Shown piece after piece: positions 1-12,949 of a stretch of DNA of 64,000 nt; position 1 is the stretch's first letter; each line of letters opens with the position of its first letter. Source of the DNA: Chara braunii. Taxonomy: Eukaryota > Plantae > Charophyceae. Location of the stretch: positions 1,845,338 to 1,909,337 of the forward strand of contig BFEA01000035.1 in assembly GCA_003427395.1 (NCBI GenBank). Reading direction: 5' to 3'. A program made the translations under genes and the position numbers. Below the pieces are notes generated by a model that was not told the DNA's origin, did no database searches, and worked only from the letters and a program-made list of their open reading frames with translations.

Positions 1-885
1 GGTGTGTTCGAATAAAACACCCATCCGTACTATTTGAATAGAAAATACATGTGTACTATTTGAATATGCGTACTATTTGGATTTCAGGGGGCGACTTCAA
101 GAAATAGACTTTTCCAAGGAAAGTTTAATAGTACATACGTGCATTTTGTTCGAAGGAAGACTGTCGTCCGGACGTCTGCGGCATCCGAGAGTAATGACAT
201 GAATCGGTAATGCTTCTTTTTTTGTCGAGGCTGTAGAGGTGTGTGGACATAGGAATGTTGAGGTCAAACATGTTCTACTTCAAATAATAACAGCCCCGCG
301 ATTCAGAGCCTAAGCAGGCTAAACGGAGGGTCGTGCCGGACATGGGTGGTCGCTCAGGCTATCGATAGATAGTCGGCCACAGAAAAGTATGGCAACAGGC
401 CGATGTTGTGGCCTACCCGGTTCAGTGACTGTTTAAGTCGTGGTCACGCGGCCAACCGACGGGGCAGGGTCAGTAAGCGAGGCCTGTTAGGCCTCAAGCA
501 GGCGAGACCTGCAGGGCCACAGACAGACATACCCTTAGCCCTCAAGCAAGCGCGACAGGCAGAGTCTTGGGCCTCAAGCAAGCAAGGCCTGCAAGACCTC
601 AGGCAGACAGGGTCTGCAAGGCCACAGGCCGGCCTGCTACTGGGAACAAGCCCTTCATATAGAAGGGTTGCTCGTATTATTTTCGTAGTAGGAGTTAGCC
701 CAGTAGGTTTGACACTGAAATATTACCCAACAGAGATTAGGATCGAGTCCAGGTTGCGCTAACATTAAGCTAACTTCTTTTGGAGTTGCCCTTATCCTCT
801 CTGAAGTCACACAGTCAATTTCGATCGCACGATCTCAAAGATCGCGCGTCCGAGATTAGCCACGCGCGAATCAGCATCACAAATG

Positions 886-1282
886 GTTAACGGGGACCTC
901 CATTTTCAGCTCTGACTAATGGGACCAAAATTGAAATTAGGGTTTGGGGGTCAAATTTTTGGTTTTTTGTTTTTTTGTTTTTTTGTTTGTTTTTGTTTTG
1001 GTTTAAGGTTGCTGTCTGTCAAATTTGGTTTTATTTGGGTTATTAGAATTTGTGCTGTTGGGAGGCCTGAAAATCCTGAAATTTGGATGACGTGTTTCAT
1101 GCCAAAATTGCCTGAAAATGCACTTTTGGGTTGTTGTTTTATGTGTTTTTATTTTATTTTATTGATTTTTAAAAAAATATATGTTAGTAAGAAGTGCACT
1201 CTATACATTGGTGTGGAGTTTGCTTGAAATGGCCTTATGGTTTTCTTATAAATTGACCTGAAAAATGGGGGGTCGGTTAACC
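886..1282. mobile_element. Short element bounded by inverted copies of a GGTTAAC-GGGACCCCCA-TTTTCAG terminal motif (family X terminus)
   Basis: Left ggttaacggggacctccattttcag; right ctgaaaaatggggggtcggttaacc. The internal 990-1100 region aligns in reverse to about 57800-57900. The motif recurs at 45543-45586, 57983-58025 and 58157-58199. Confidence 0.55.
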
Positions 1283-1292
1283 TTCTCTCGTC

Positions 1293-1346
1293 AGCATGGG
1301 TCTGCACAAGGATGACACGCATAAGTCGATAAATGACCCAAATTTT
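1293..1346 (+). pseudogene. U6: Degenerate 3' half of U6 snRNA
   Basis: agcatgggtctgcacaaggatgacacgcataagtcgataaatgacccaaatttt matches the plant U6 3' half AGCATGGCCCCTGCGCAAGGATGACACGCATAAATCGAGAAATGGTCCAAATTTT. Confidence 0.85.
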
Positions 1347-2076
1347 ACATTTCGATCCCTGGAGGGATCGATCCAAGGTCTGTATTTCAATAGCTCATGG
1401 TTGAAAAGTCACGAGACGTGACATGCTGTGAGCTTCAGAAAAAGAAAAAAAGAAAAAAAAAGAAAAATTAAAACTAACTAACTATGAAGCGTCATATGGC
1501 GCACTTAGAATTGTCTGGGGCACTTCAGTCCCCAGTGCACTTGACAATCCCTCTAAAAATGGGTGATCGTTTTTCCTATGAGGTAAGTTTTTTTCTTTTT
1601 CTTTTTTTTCTTTAGATTTTCTTTAGATTTTTTTTTCTAAATTTTGATCTTAGATTATTTTTCTTTCTTTTAGATCCCCCCCCTCTCATTTTACAAACAG
1701 TGACTTTTGTTATGCGCCTGTTCGTTTCAAAGAACGGGCTGCAGACTATTTCATCGATAGGGAAGCAAAAAAGAGTGAATCTACTACCAGAACATAGTAC
1801 TATATATCGTGTATGGGTGTGTAAGAGAGAGTATGGGAGAATGTCTTATCTGACAGCGGCTGGACTCCCGACGACAGGCAAGGCGACGACCAGCAGGTAA
1901 GTCTCCAACGGTGGGGCCTAGCTCTAGCTACTTTCATTCGTAGGGCGAACAACGTTCCAGTAACAGGTAAGTCTCTAACCTTGTGACTGACCCTCTGGCA
2001 CTTCCATCTTTAGGATGAACAAAATCGAATGAATTTACTGTAGAACAAGGAAATATACACTGTCACTTTATTATTA

Positions 2077-2111
<35 letters not shown>

Positions 2112-4909
2112 TTATTTTATTTTATTTTATTTCTTCTCCATTTGTTTTCATGTCACTACTTCATCGCCCGTTCGAACGGGCTGTGACTGCAAAAAAAACG
2201 AGTGAAGCATCAGATGGCGTTGTCAGTTGTGATGGGGATTTGAAGTCCCCAAGGTTGCAGTAGGCGCCCATGTCAACGACCGACCGTTTTCTCATAGAGG
2301 TATATTTTTTTTATTATTTTAGAGTTTATTTTATATTTTCTTTTAGATTTATTTTTCTTCTTCTTTCTTTCTTTTTGAGAACCACCCCCCCGTTCTTACT
2401 AAAGTGTGACGGTTAAATTTTTTAAGGCAGGCAACACTTTTGGGTCGTGCGCCTGAATCCGACACCTAATCTGTGTCAGATACAGACGCAGGGCAGGGGG
2501 GTAGAGGACTCTATTGAGCTTGACTCTAGTTCAGCTCTACGAAATGACTGAGGAGGGGGAAGGTGTCTGTCCATTTTGAACGACTGGCTGCCCCTCCAAG
2601 AGAAACGGGGAGACAAGAAGAAAAATGGGGGATTAAAAGGAAGAGAAAAATAAAAAAAATGAAAAGGATAAAAAAAAAAAACGGTCATGTATGTGGCCGA
2701 AGTCGTGGTCAGGTGCATGTGTGTAAGTGTGGGTGTGAGAGTAGTTGCGCCTGTTCGTTTTTTGAACAGGCTGCAACATTTTGGTTGGGTACAACTGTTT
2801 CCAGAAGCATGTGGTCAGGGAAAAAGGCTAAATGCTTCCAGGTATCCAGGATCTTGGATCCCATAGGGGAATATCAAGATTTCTGACCCTTGATCGCCGC
2901 TCTGATCAACGGTCTAGCTCAACTTCATTTTTTTGGACTCTGGGATAGGCAGTTGCCCACAGTCCTCGGTTGGCTATAAAAGTCGGCACTCTACCCAACA
3001 GCCTCACACTTATGGCAGTGTTGGTGGGCCATTCACTTGAGTGAATGCTGGCTGGCAACTATTGTGGGGCGGTGTTGTCGGTGAGGAGTGAGACGAAGTG
3101 CTGCTGGTGGAGGAAGTGAAGATCTGCGAATTAAGGGGAGACGCTATTGGAGGAGTGCAGCCAGGGCATCCATAACCAAGGGTTTAGGGCTCTTTGCCCC
3201 ACCCTTGTGTTGGTGCCGTGGCGGCAAGGCTGCGTCAAGGATGGACGGTGAAGCAAGCGACATGGGTGTGTCAGGGGTTATACTGCCGAAATTCTGACTT
3301 GGCGGCAGCGTTCTTTTCATAAGTGTTGCCATTTTCTTTTTTTTGGCACGGCAGCAACGACGCTTCGGTGGGGAGGTGTTGCCGGACTGACGGTGTGGCG
3401 ACATTCTGGTCTCCCCAAGGGAAGGTGTTGTCCGTTTGGCGGTACGACAACAATAATATTTTTTGTGGGGTCATGCGGTCAAAATTTTGACTTGGCGGCA
3501 ATTTCTTTTAGAGGGAAGTGTTGCCCGTTCGGCGGCATGGCAACCATAATGTATTCAGCGGGGCAGTTATGCTGGCGAAATTTACGGCGCGGCACGCGGT
3601 AGTTCCGCTTTTATTTTTGTGGCGCACAACGGTTATGGTGGATCCCAGTGTGGCTTAGAGGTTGGGCTAGCGCTGATATGTGATTGGGATTGTGCGGAGC
3701 TGGTGCACGATTGGGTCTGTGCGGCAGTGGTGCATAAGTCGGTGGCATGAAGAGAGCGCAGAGTGAGTGCTCGCGGCAGTGGCTATTGGAGTTGCGGTAC
3801 TTGCGATATGCGCGAGAAGGATTTTTTTTTTTTTTGGCTCGCAGCATATGAGGTTTTGAGCCATAGCCACCTTTATTTTTTTTTGGCGCGTGGTGCGAGC
3901 GGTTTTTGAGTTTGGGACCATCCGATGGTACATCGGCAACATGGGACCATCTGAGACCATTTTGGGACTAGGTGAGACTGATTTTGAGATCGGGACGGAC
4001 AAATTAGTGTGGTTATCGTGAGCGGGCATGGTGATTGGAGGCGGCGTGGACTTGCTATTGGTTAGGGAAGTATCTTGGGTGGTCAAGGTGCAATTGGGAC
4101 TGTGTTATGATAGTACGAGACGTTGAGATGACGCTAGATTTGATCATGGAAGCACCCTCTTTGAGGGTTATCTCATTCAAACATTTCAGTGGACCCAACC
4201 TTGGTGTGATCAGGCACTTGGAGAATGAGGTGGACCGTCGTTCGGTTGGAAGGTTACAACTTGTGGAATTGTGGGTCATATCTTTCGATTACCAGATAAT
4301 GATTATATTTTGATTGGAAGATTAGTCGACTTTCTTGAGTGAGCCGATTCAAACTTCACTCAAGCTTAGTTAAATGATTCAGACTTCCCTTCGTACATGT
4401 GTGAGTCCACACTTGCTTGACCTTGTTCATTGAATGTTCATTGAAAGGGCAAAGAAAATGTGTATTTGCTTGTGAATGGTGAGGTCTGACTTGGGTATGG
4501 GGTTGCATTGGTTTCCTTTGAACTTGTTTGTTTTCTTTGAGTGCAGGTAGGTAGAAGGATGCTTGCAATGAAGATTGATTATGCATATTTGAGATTAAGA
4601 AAATGATTGTCTTTTTTTTACGTTTCGCCTGCCTGCTTGTTAAAATGACTTATTATTATGAAAAAGATTAATTTAGCGCATCGTGAAATGAACTCGATTG
4701 AACTAAAGCAGATGAAGTCAAATGGACTTAGTTTTTCCCTGGATTGACCCTTTCTATCCCGAATGACCTTATCTACCTGTACCTATCCAAATGATTCTCA
4801 TTATCTATCTCCTTCGATTTCTTTTCGTCTAAGTTATTGTGAACTTAAGAGAAATGATAATAATTGAAAGCTATTTGCGGTGAGCACATTCTTTTTCTTC
4901 GGGAAACAT

Positions 4910-5230
4910 CTGAGGCGAGGTTTCGTTGCTTTAGGAGCCGACCACATTATCGACCCAGGGTGGACCGTTTTATGGGGGGGGTACTCTGCCGATTCGGTGG
5001 AGACGACTTGACTTCTGAGATCCGACCTTTGAGCTCGAACGAGGAGGAGGAGTACCCCAGACCACTTCCTAAAAGGGGAGACATGCAACACTTTAAGCAT
5101 TGCACCTGATCAAGAATCATTCGCAGAGCACCCTATCCAGAAAGGTTGGAAGCATATGAAGACGAGTGTGTGCGTACCTAATCTTAAGTCTGCGGTAGGA
5201 TGAAATGAATAACTTTGGCAGCGTGTCTCA
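4910..5230 (+). ncRNA. Putative multi-hairpin structured RNA domain
   Basis: Stems ggggtactc/gagtacccc, ctctgcc/ggtggag, gagacatgc/gcgtgtctc, gcatat/gtgtgc and tgcaa/ttgca, with G-U pairs on the + strand. Confidence 0.4.
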
Positions 5231-5459
5231 TCAAGTCAAAACTAAGGCAATCGATTACCTTGTCGGCTGCATCAATGCTATTGTCGGTAGCCAACTCCTT
5301 GTTGGCGGTTGTATGATTGTTTTGTGGAGTTTGACCCAGGGTGGTCAAATTTTATTTTTGATCTTGTGATATTAGATGTATCAAATGAAGATTTGGATTC
5401 TCATAGTTATCATTCGTCCTCAGTAGATCAGCGCCCTAAGGACGACGCCGGGTCCACTT

Positions 5460-6010
5460 GGCGTTAACCAAGCGTATCTATACTACAGCGAACGAGAAAA
5501 TGCCCTCGGCCGACCTACCTCTGCAATTGCATTTAAAAACTTTCGCATGTGGGTCAGTAACTCGATAAGGATACATCCCTAAGGGTGGTGACAACCCTTT
5601 AGGGAAGTTTATGCCCCGCGCGAACCTATCCTGTCGTAGGGGACTGTGGGATGTACAGCTGGCGCACCTGGCTAAAGCGGCGAAGAGACGATGTGACCGC
5701 CGCCTTCTCGACGGTTCGCGGGGATGTTATGCATCGTTCCCAAGTTGTCTCTTTGACTGTTTTGTTTACTCTTGCATGACATGGTCGGGATGACTCTCCC
5801 ACTTTACAAAAAGGCGGGAGCCGATGCGCTCGACAGTGTGAGGAACAACTTACCTCTGCCCAAGGGGCTGTCATCACCTTTGGACAGGCGTATCCCCGTC
5901 GAGCTACCAAACCACATGCGAATGGTGCTCGAGTGCAATCATAGAGATAGCCTAGCCGAGGGCGTTTCTCGTTCTCTGTAGTGTAGGGGATAAACGAGAT
6001 TGAACGTCTT
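5460..6010 (+). ncRNA. ~550-nt rod-like imperfect fold-back with forked apex
   Basis: 5478-5510 pairs with 5955-5986, 5579-5600 with 5862-5883, and aaagcggcgaagagacgat with gttgtctctttgactgttt. Most non-Watson-Crick positions checked are G-U on the + strand. Confidence 0.7.
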
Positions 6011-6399
6011 AAATTGCCACCCCCTCCAATGTCAAAAACCTCGGGGAACCGGTAGAGCTGTTTCACGAGGGGTACCGGTAGCATAGAGTGGAAAATCGGG
6101 TGAATGGTAAAAATAAAATTTGCGTCAAAAAATTAGAATTGTGTCGAATCGGCGCGACCATTATTTCACGGTCAAAATGATTTTATTTATTTATTCTGGT
6201 TTTTTTCCTTCAAAGATCACGACCTAATCCACGAGACCTCAAAGTTTTTGAATTTTTGAAGAATTATTCTGAGCACGAAAAATCGTTAAAGTTGCGGCTT
6301 TAAGATGGTAGGATTGGACCCGCCGGTGACGAACGGTTGTCGCTCATCCGTACAACCTAGCCCTAACTCACAGGGCGGAGTGTTTTCGGTTGCCAGGAG

Positions 6400-8050
6400 G
6401 AGTGGCGGTTTAATCGGACGCGTACGAAAACGGACGCTTTGAGGAATGATTTTCCCAAACGCGACTCTGCATCTGTCGACTAGGATGATTAAACTAACCA
6501 CATGATACACTTTGCGAAGATAACATCAAGTTTCACTCGCAAGTCGCATCTAGTCTTTTTTTTACATCCGACCCATAACCTTTTGACAACAAAATACGCG
6601 GGCGTTGCACGTGAAACTCTGAATAAGTATTGTAGCGACATATACCTTGTTATATCGACTAGTCATGCATGAATACGCAAACAGTCGCAATGATGGCATA
6701 ATATGTGGTACCCATGATCACACGGTCCTCACTAATTTTAAGGATTGCTTCTGATACTTGTGTCGACTAACACACATCTTGAGGCGTTAATCTCTTGACT
6801 CTAGACAATTACAAGTGTGATTAAGAGAACTACCCTCTTCTGCACACTACGCAGATGATTGGTAGGCGGGTCTCGGGTCTTTGTGGCGACTAAACGCCTC
6901 TGACCCTGGGGACGAGATTCTATCTTCAGAGACCTTGGACAAAGTCAAGGGGTCTAATTTTGACAGCCACCACGGATCTCAACGTCCAACCATAAAATTT
7001 TAACGAACAGATAAAAATAAAATTTTTTATTCATCTCAACTCAAATCCTCTTGATCCTTACGCATGGTCAAAATAGACCATGCAAATACATAATATATAA
7101 ATATAACTCGGTCTCTGAACACGAGACGATCACTCTCACAATCATAGTGAAACTTTCTTCCGAATATATAGGAATGATCGCAGACAAGTCAAATACGGAC
7201 TTCAACTCAGAAAATATATTTTTCATGACACCAAAGATTCAACACCGGCAGACCACACCCTACATGGGGTCAACTTCATTTACACTCGGCACTCACACCC
7301 CTTGCCTTTGTCAAACCTTTCAAAAGAAACACTTATTTTTTTTTAAATGACCATTTAATAAAAGTTCGAGTAAAAACTCAAAGAAACAATTCAACCCATG
7401 GGGGCTACGGCCTTAGGTTAAGCCGCGAGAATGAGTTCAAAGTTGAATCATAAACCGACTTGTTATCAAAAGATAACAGAAAATGATCATTGTAGGATCA
7501 GACTGAGCCTTAGTCAAGCCTTGAATCAAATTGAGTAAAGAGGGTCTGTTACGCATTATAGACCAGTATCGAAGACTATGTTTAAATGTATAGAAAAAAA
7601 TTAATATCACATCTCATCTAACTTTCCTTAAGACTAAGTCTTAACTTATCTCTAAATGATATCAGAATTAGAGAAAATTTTGACAACACCTCCCATATAC
7701 AGGATAGATTGTCAAAGTTTTTCTTATCAAATATAATAAAACTCCTTGAAACTATAAAATTTTCGATAACACTCCCTCTAAAAAAGATGTTTTTTTTCAG
7801 AATTTATACTCAGCTAAATATGAAATCTAACGACTTTTTACTTTATAGAGTCAAATTTTGTCAAACTGTCTGATTTTTTAAAAATTTGGACAACGTTTTT
7901 CCTAGATTTATACTAAGTCAGATATGAACTCGAAGACAAAAGTTGAACTCTGCTAAGACAAAAAACTTAACTAACTTTTTTATTTTATAGAAATTTTGGG
8001 AACACTTCCCCTAACGAAAGTGTCTTTCCAAAATTTATGAGAGATGGTTA
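6400..8050 (+). repeat. Non-coding module of family X, inverted homologue of about 56100-57700, ending in degenerate ~110-120 bp tandem units
   Basis: For example 6652-6850 is the reverse complement of about 57245-57440 (gtctag-gtc-agagattaac-cctcaa, ccgtgtgat-atgggtac, ttgcgactg, ctagtcgatat shared). Confidence 0.8.
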
Positions 8051-8094
8051 ACAACAGATGTACATGTCACTTTTAGTCGCTTCGGGTCGCTACC

Positions 8095-8420
8095 AACATG
8101 AAGTGGATGAAAATTTGAAAGCGGTTTCAGATGTTTTCGTCCAACTATTTAGATTGGGGAACCTGAAACCGCTTTCAGATTTTGACCCACTTCATGTTAT
8201 TTCAAGAATTTCAGGTGGGGACAAAAAACTGCAGTAATGACGTGAAACCCTTTTCAAAAGCTTCAGCCACGTCAAGTCATTACTGCGGTTTCATGTTCCC
8301 ACGTGAAATTCATGAAATGACATAAAGTGGCAGAAACTTTTGAAAGGGGTTTCACGTCCCCCCATCCAAATGGTTGGATGATGATACTTGAAACCCCTTT
8401 CATAAACTTCTGCCACTTCA
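8095..8420. repeat. Fold-back cluster of inverted repeats (MITE/foldback-like)
   Basis: 36-bp arms aacatgaagtgg...gcggtttcag (8095) and ctgaaaccgc...cttcatgtt (to 8198); gcagtaatgac/gtcattactgc; gtgaaacccttttcaaaag repeated in direct and inverted orientation. Confidence 0.7.
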
Positions 8421-9254
8421 GGTCATTTAAGGTGACACACAAAAGTGCTAAACCAAAAGAAAAACATAAAAACAAACATAAAACTTATCCTCTAAACCAC
8501 TCGAAACTTTTGAAATGACTAGGAGTGTCTTCATGTAATTTCAGTGGTTTTAAACCACTTTAGAATCTTTCATTCTGAAATTTCAGGTGGTCGTTAATCA
8601 TCAGTGGTGCAAAGGTCAATGTTAAGTATCGAGCTATTAGTACTTAAGATGCACACACTTAAATCGCTGCTCTTGAGTTATGGGTCTTAACTGCTTAGTG
8701 CATGAGTCACTGTTAAGTATAATTTTTTAGTATTCACAATCTGAGTGCTTAGATCTCTGTTACTTCAAACGAGAGTTGAGGTTGTAGCTGAGTTTCAAAC
8801 TCTCAGTACTCGACAACTGAGGGTCGAGTGCCACATCTGAGTACGAAGATCCCAATTTTCAATTCTTACAGTCTGCTCAGCCTCTAATTATGGTGCATGC
8901 TTGTTAAGGTAACTTTGTTCAGTGGGTATGTGGCCCCAACGTTTTAGTTCACAACTCGTATTATGTGCACACATCTTAGTAGTGATTGCTGCAACAATTA
9001 CCATCTTCGCTTGAACACACAACACACCATATAATTGAAAATGCATACAAGCTACAATCCCTGTCCAATACCGTTATATTGAGGTTGCCTCGAGTTTGGG
9101 TGAATACTACAATGTTATATATCAAGAATGTTTGTCCTCGACGACTCATTTTTTCGTTGTTTTTTTTTTTCTACCCAGTTTTTTTCTTTTCTGCTAAGAG
9201 CGACAAACCATATTGTTGTTGTTGCACAATTATAATTTAAGATTGTGACCTGTT

Positions 9255-9367
9255 TATTAACAATCATTCAAAATTATGTTTATTAACAATTATTTAAAAT
9301 AATTATGTTTAATAGCAATCATTCAAAATTATGTTTATAAACAATCATTCAAAACTATGTTTTATAA
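9255..9367. repeat. ~26-bp tandem minisatellite, about 4 copies
   Basis: aacaatcattcaaaattatgtttat repeated. Confidence 0.85.
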
Positions 9368-10877
9368 CTTTATACTACTGTATACCACTCAGCCAGGGAA
9401 GGTGTAGTTGATTTTTTTTCGGTTTAAGGCACTCAGCAATGAGTCAACATTAAACTCGTGAACGTAAAAAAAAAAAAAAAAAAGGCGACAACCTTGAGAT
9501 ATCATCATCGAACTAACCGACCATAAGATAATACGGAATTGGAGTATTTCACTCATCTACTTGAAGTGAAGTTTGAACTTGAGTCTGTAGTTCAACGGCT
9601 CAGGACTGTACCAACTGAGCTAGGGGAGTTGTTGGTGAACGTCAAAATTGAAAGGGAAAAAACACGGATTTATATAGAATGCAGTCTATTGCACAAAGCA
9701 CATTGTTCTTCATTTATTTTTTATTTTTTATTTTTTTGTCAATGGATTTTCAACTTTGAAGTTCCAAGGAACAAAGTTGTCAGACATCTTTGTGAAGAGC
9801 ATTACAGAGTTGTCACTGGGTCCCGAAGTACACCCATTGCACTCGCGAACCTCTCAAATCTGGGCCGCTCGGGCGGTTTGAAGGCAGCTATGGCAGGTTG
9901 GATGCGTTCAGTGATATCATGTGAACCCACAAGTTTGAGCGTCTTGGGTTGGTTTGGGGGGTCATGTGGGTATGCCCTAATAGGACTTCACTTTTTATCG
10001 CTTCAACAACCTTTTCTTTTGTTAGTTGAAGAACAATAATTAACAGTCAGAGGGTTGGCACGCACTACTAGTACTTTTGACCCTTGTGATGTCGAGCCTC
10101 GAAATATCTGGGACCCAAACGAAAACGGACTGGTGCATCCGTTCTTTTGGCTGACGTAGCCAGCCATTTTGCTCCAGTAGGCCGACTGCCGAACTTGCGG
10201 TAGCATGTGCGCTACATCTGAGCAAAATTGTCGGGAAAGGTACTGGTGGTTTAAACCAACACTACCCCATGCGACTACCCTCTATTCACTGGTCGGTTAA
10301 CACCGTGTTAATCCATGTACTGGTGGTTAACACGGTGTTGGGGAAAGACTCGGTCTACCGGGGGAGGAAGGTTGGCAATACCAGAGAAAATCGCAACTGC
10401 AAGGGTTCAAAGTTTAAGGTCTGGCAAAGTCGCGCATTGACGAAAAGAGTCTGGGCGATATTGGCATTGAGATCTCATCCATCTGAATGAATTTCGTCGA
10501 ATAACACTCCCCACTCACTACTCATCCAGACCTCAAAGTAGTTTAGACCTCTTTTTTCTTTGAATGAACAATGTCAGGGTTTTATACCCCCTGTCTTAAC
10601 ACAACCCATTGCCACTCTGTTATCTTTAAGGTCTTAGAGTGCTCCGCAACAATCGATTGTGCGGTTCAAGAGCAGTGCATGTGCTCCTTCCTCATGGATA
10701 TGCCACCATTTCCATGCAGAGGAGAGACTCCATTGTTGGCTTTGCTTTATTGGGAGAATATTCCAAACTTAGTGCAATCTTCGTCGATCGGCTGCCAGTG
10801 ACCTGAAAACTGTACTGGACGCGTCTCCCTCATGGAAAAGCAACTACCTATTTCCATTAAGAGGACAACCACTACTA

Positions 10878-10910
<33 letters not shown>

Positions 10911-11367
10911 ACAAAACCTCATCTATTGTGGGGGGCATCAGTCCGGTTGCTCATCATCGACAGACAAAAAGTACACGAGAAGCAGTTGGAGAGGAAAAAA
11001 AAGAGTAGATCAGAGAGAAGTAAGATAAAACCACATTTGCAGCTCTAGTCGCTTACACAAGAGGCACGTTGCTTCGGTTACTCTCCCCCCGAACCATGAC
11101 TAATTTGCAGGATGCACTTGCTAGCCGGGAAACTTACTGGCAGCACCCAGACACACAACATGTGGATCCTATAAATTTCGGGGCATGGGGGAGAGCCGCC
11201 TGACAGCCTCACCGACCGATTAATATCCAAATTCTAACTGAATATCTATTCCCCCGGTCATTGTCTCTACCTTCTACTCAATGAAACTATCTCACCGTTT
11301 CCTTGCCGTTTGCTTGACATCAAAATACTTCATTACTATAAACTACAGTAGATGATATGCCTTATGA

Positions 11368-12423
11368 TTTTTTTTTGAAGAAAGAACAAGTGCTCTTCGT
11401 GGGGAGCAGCACGTGCTGGGAACCAGGCCCAGCGTCCCATATCGAATTGTACAAGTCATTGAGAACATTTGAGGTCGTTTGAGGTCATTTGAGATACCGG
11501 GGTCATTACCCGACTTTGGCTAAGAACAATCTATGAACACGATGAGATTCAGAAACATGGGGAGGATCCTGAGTATCTAATGCCTATTAGGGAATTACTC
11601 ATGCAATAACCTGCCACAAAGGTCCTACGAATGCTCACTACCCTCAGGTTCCCTGACAAACCCTTCTAAGACTTCCCAACACCGTCTTACTCCCTGCTGA
11701 GCTCTTCCAGGCCTCACATCCCCACCCTGCTGAGTTATAGGGCAACACAACTCGCCCCAACTCCGACCAGCGTCATCCCGACAACAACCCTTGGTCGTCC
11801 CTTGGGATGCCCACCCCAAAGCATCCCCAAATCTCTCTACCAGGCCTCACGCTCCCGCATCAATAGGTTGCAGGGCAACACCCCAGCACCGGCCAGCGTC
11901 GTTCTGGCATTGAACGACCACGGATCACTAAGTATAATAGCATTGAAACCGCCTACGATGGATTGCTAAGAAACCCTAAAGTCCTAAGATATTCATAAGA
12001 ACAACCGACTTTTTTTTTCTTTCAATCAGACTCTACCAAGTCAATAGAATATGTATGTCAAAAAGCCTCCCCATCACAAATCAGACAGGTGAAACCTATT
12101 CAATCCACCTACGACCACCACCAGCATGGCTAATTTCAGCACGAACCGAAGCTCTTCCAGGCCTCATGCTCCCATCAGGTTAGGTTACAGAGTTGCACCA
12201 CCTTGCTCCAGCATCGACCAACATTGCTCTAGTTACGACCCCCGATGACCACTAGGACTGCCCCCGCAAACAGCCCCCCAGAGCTCTCTACCGGGCCTCA
12301 CGCCCCCACTAAGCTAGGTCATAGAGTTGCGCCACCTAGCTCCGACTCCGGCCAGCGTTGCTCCAACATCGGTCTTCGAGGGCCACCGACTTTTCAACCA
12401 CCGCTTGCAGGATCACAAATGAC
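11368..12423 (-). mobile_element. Non-coding poly(A)-tailed retro-segment (long LINE 3' UTR or SINE-like), copy 1
   Basis: T tract at 11368, shared LINE 3' motif at 11400-11438, and ~0.9 kb co-linear with about 42350-43274. Internal degenerate gagctcttccaggcctca repeats. Confidence 0.7.
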
Positions 12424-12949
12424 GAAATTGGCCTCACATTATGTGCCCATTCCCTACCTTGGGCTATGCCCCTAATACTCACGAGCTCCCTTGGTTCCTT
12501 ACAGTCTATGTATAGTACCCCGACTTTTTCATTACANNNNNNNNNNNNNNNNNNNNNNNNNNNNNNNNNNNNNNNNNNNNNNNNNNNNNNNNNNNNNNNN
12601 NNNNNNNNNNNNNNNNNNNNNNNNNNNNNNNNNNNNNNNNNNNNNNNNNNNNNNNNNNNNNNNNNNNNNNNNNNNNNNNNNNNNNNNNNNNNNNNNNNNN
12701 NNNNNNNNNNNNNNNNNNNNNNNNNNNNNNNNNNNNNNNNNNNNNNCACCCCAGCCTTTTTCATTACAGCTTTGTCTCCCTCCCCCCCCTCCCCCTCCCC
12801 TCAAATACTTGTACCCCCACCCCTACTTTCTTCCTATCCTATCCTCATCCCTCTCTTTGTGTGCCCACGCTACAACTTGATTCTATCCTATCCTCATCCA
12901 TTCCCACTAACTTCCAAACCTCTATATTACACATCGGTCTCCGCTTGAC

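Noticed and set aside
12537-12746. ORFs spanning N runs (also 16669-16858)
   Set aside because: Assembly gaps; short duplications beside the gaps are likely unmerged overlaps.
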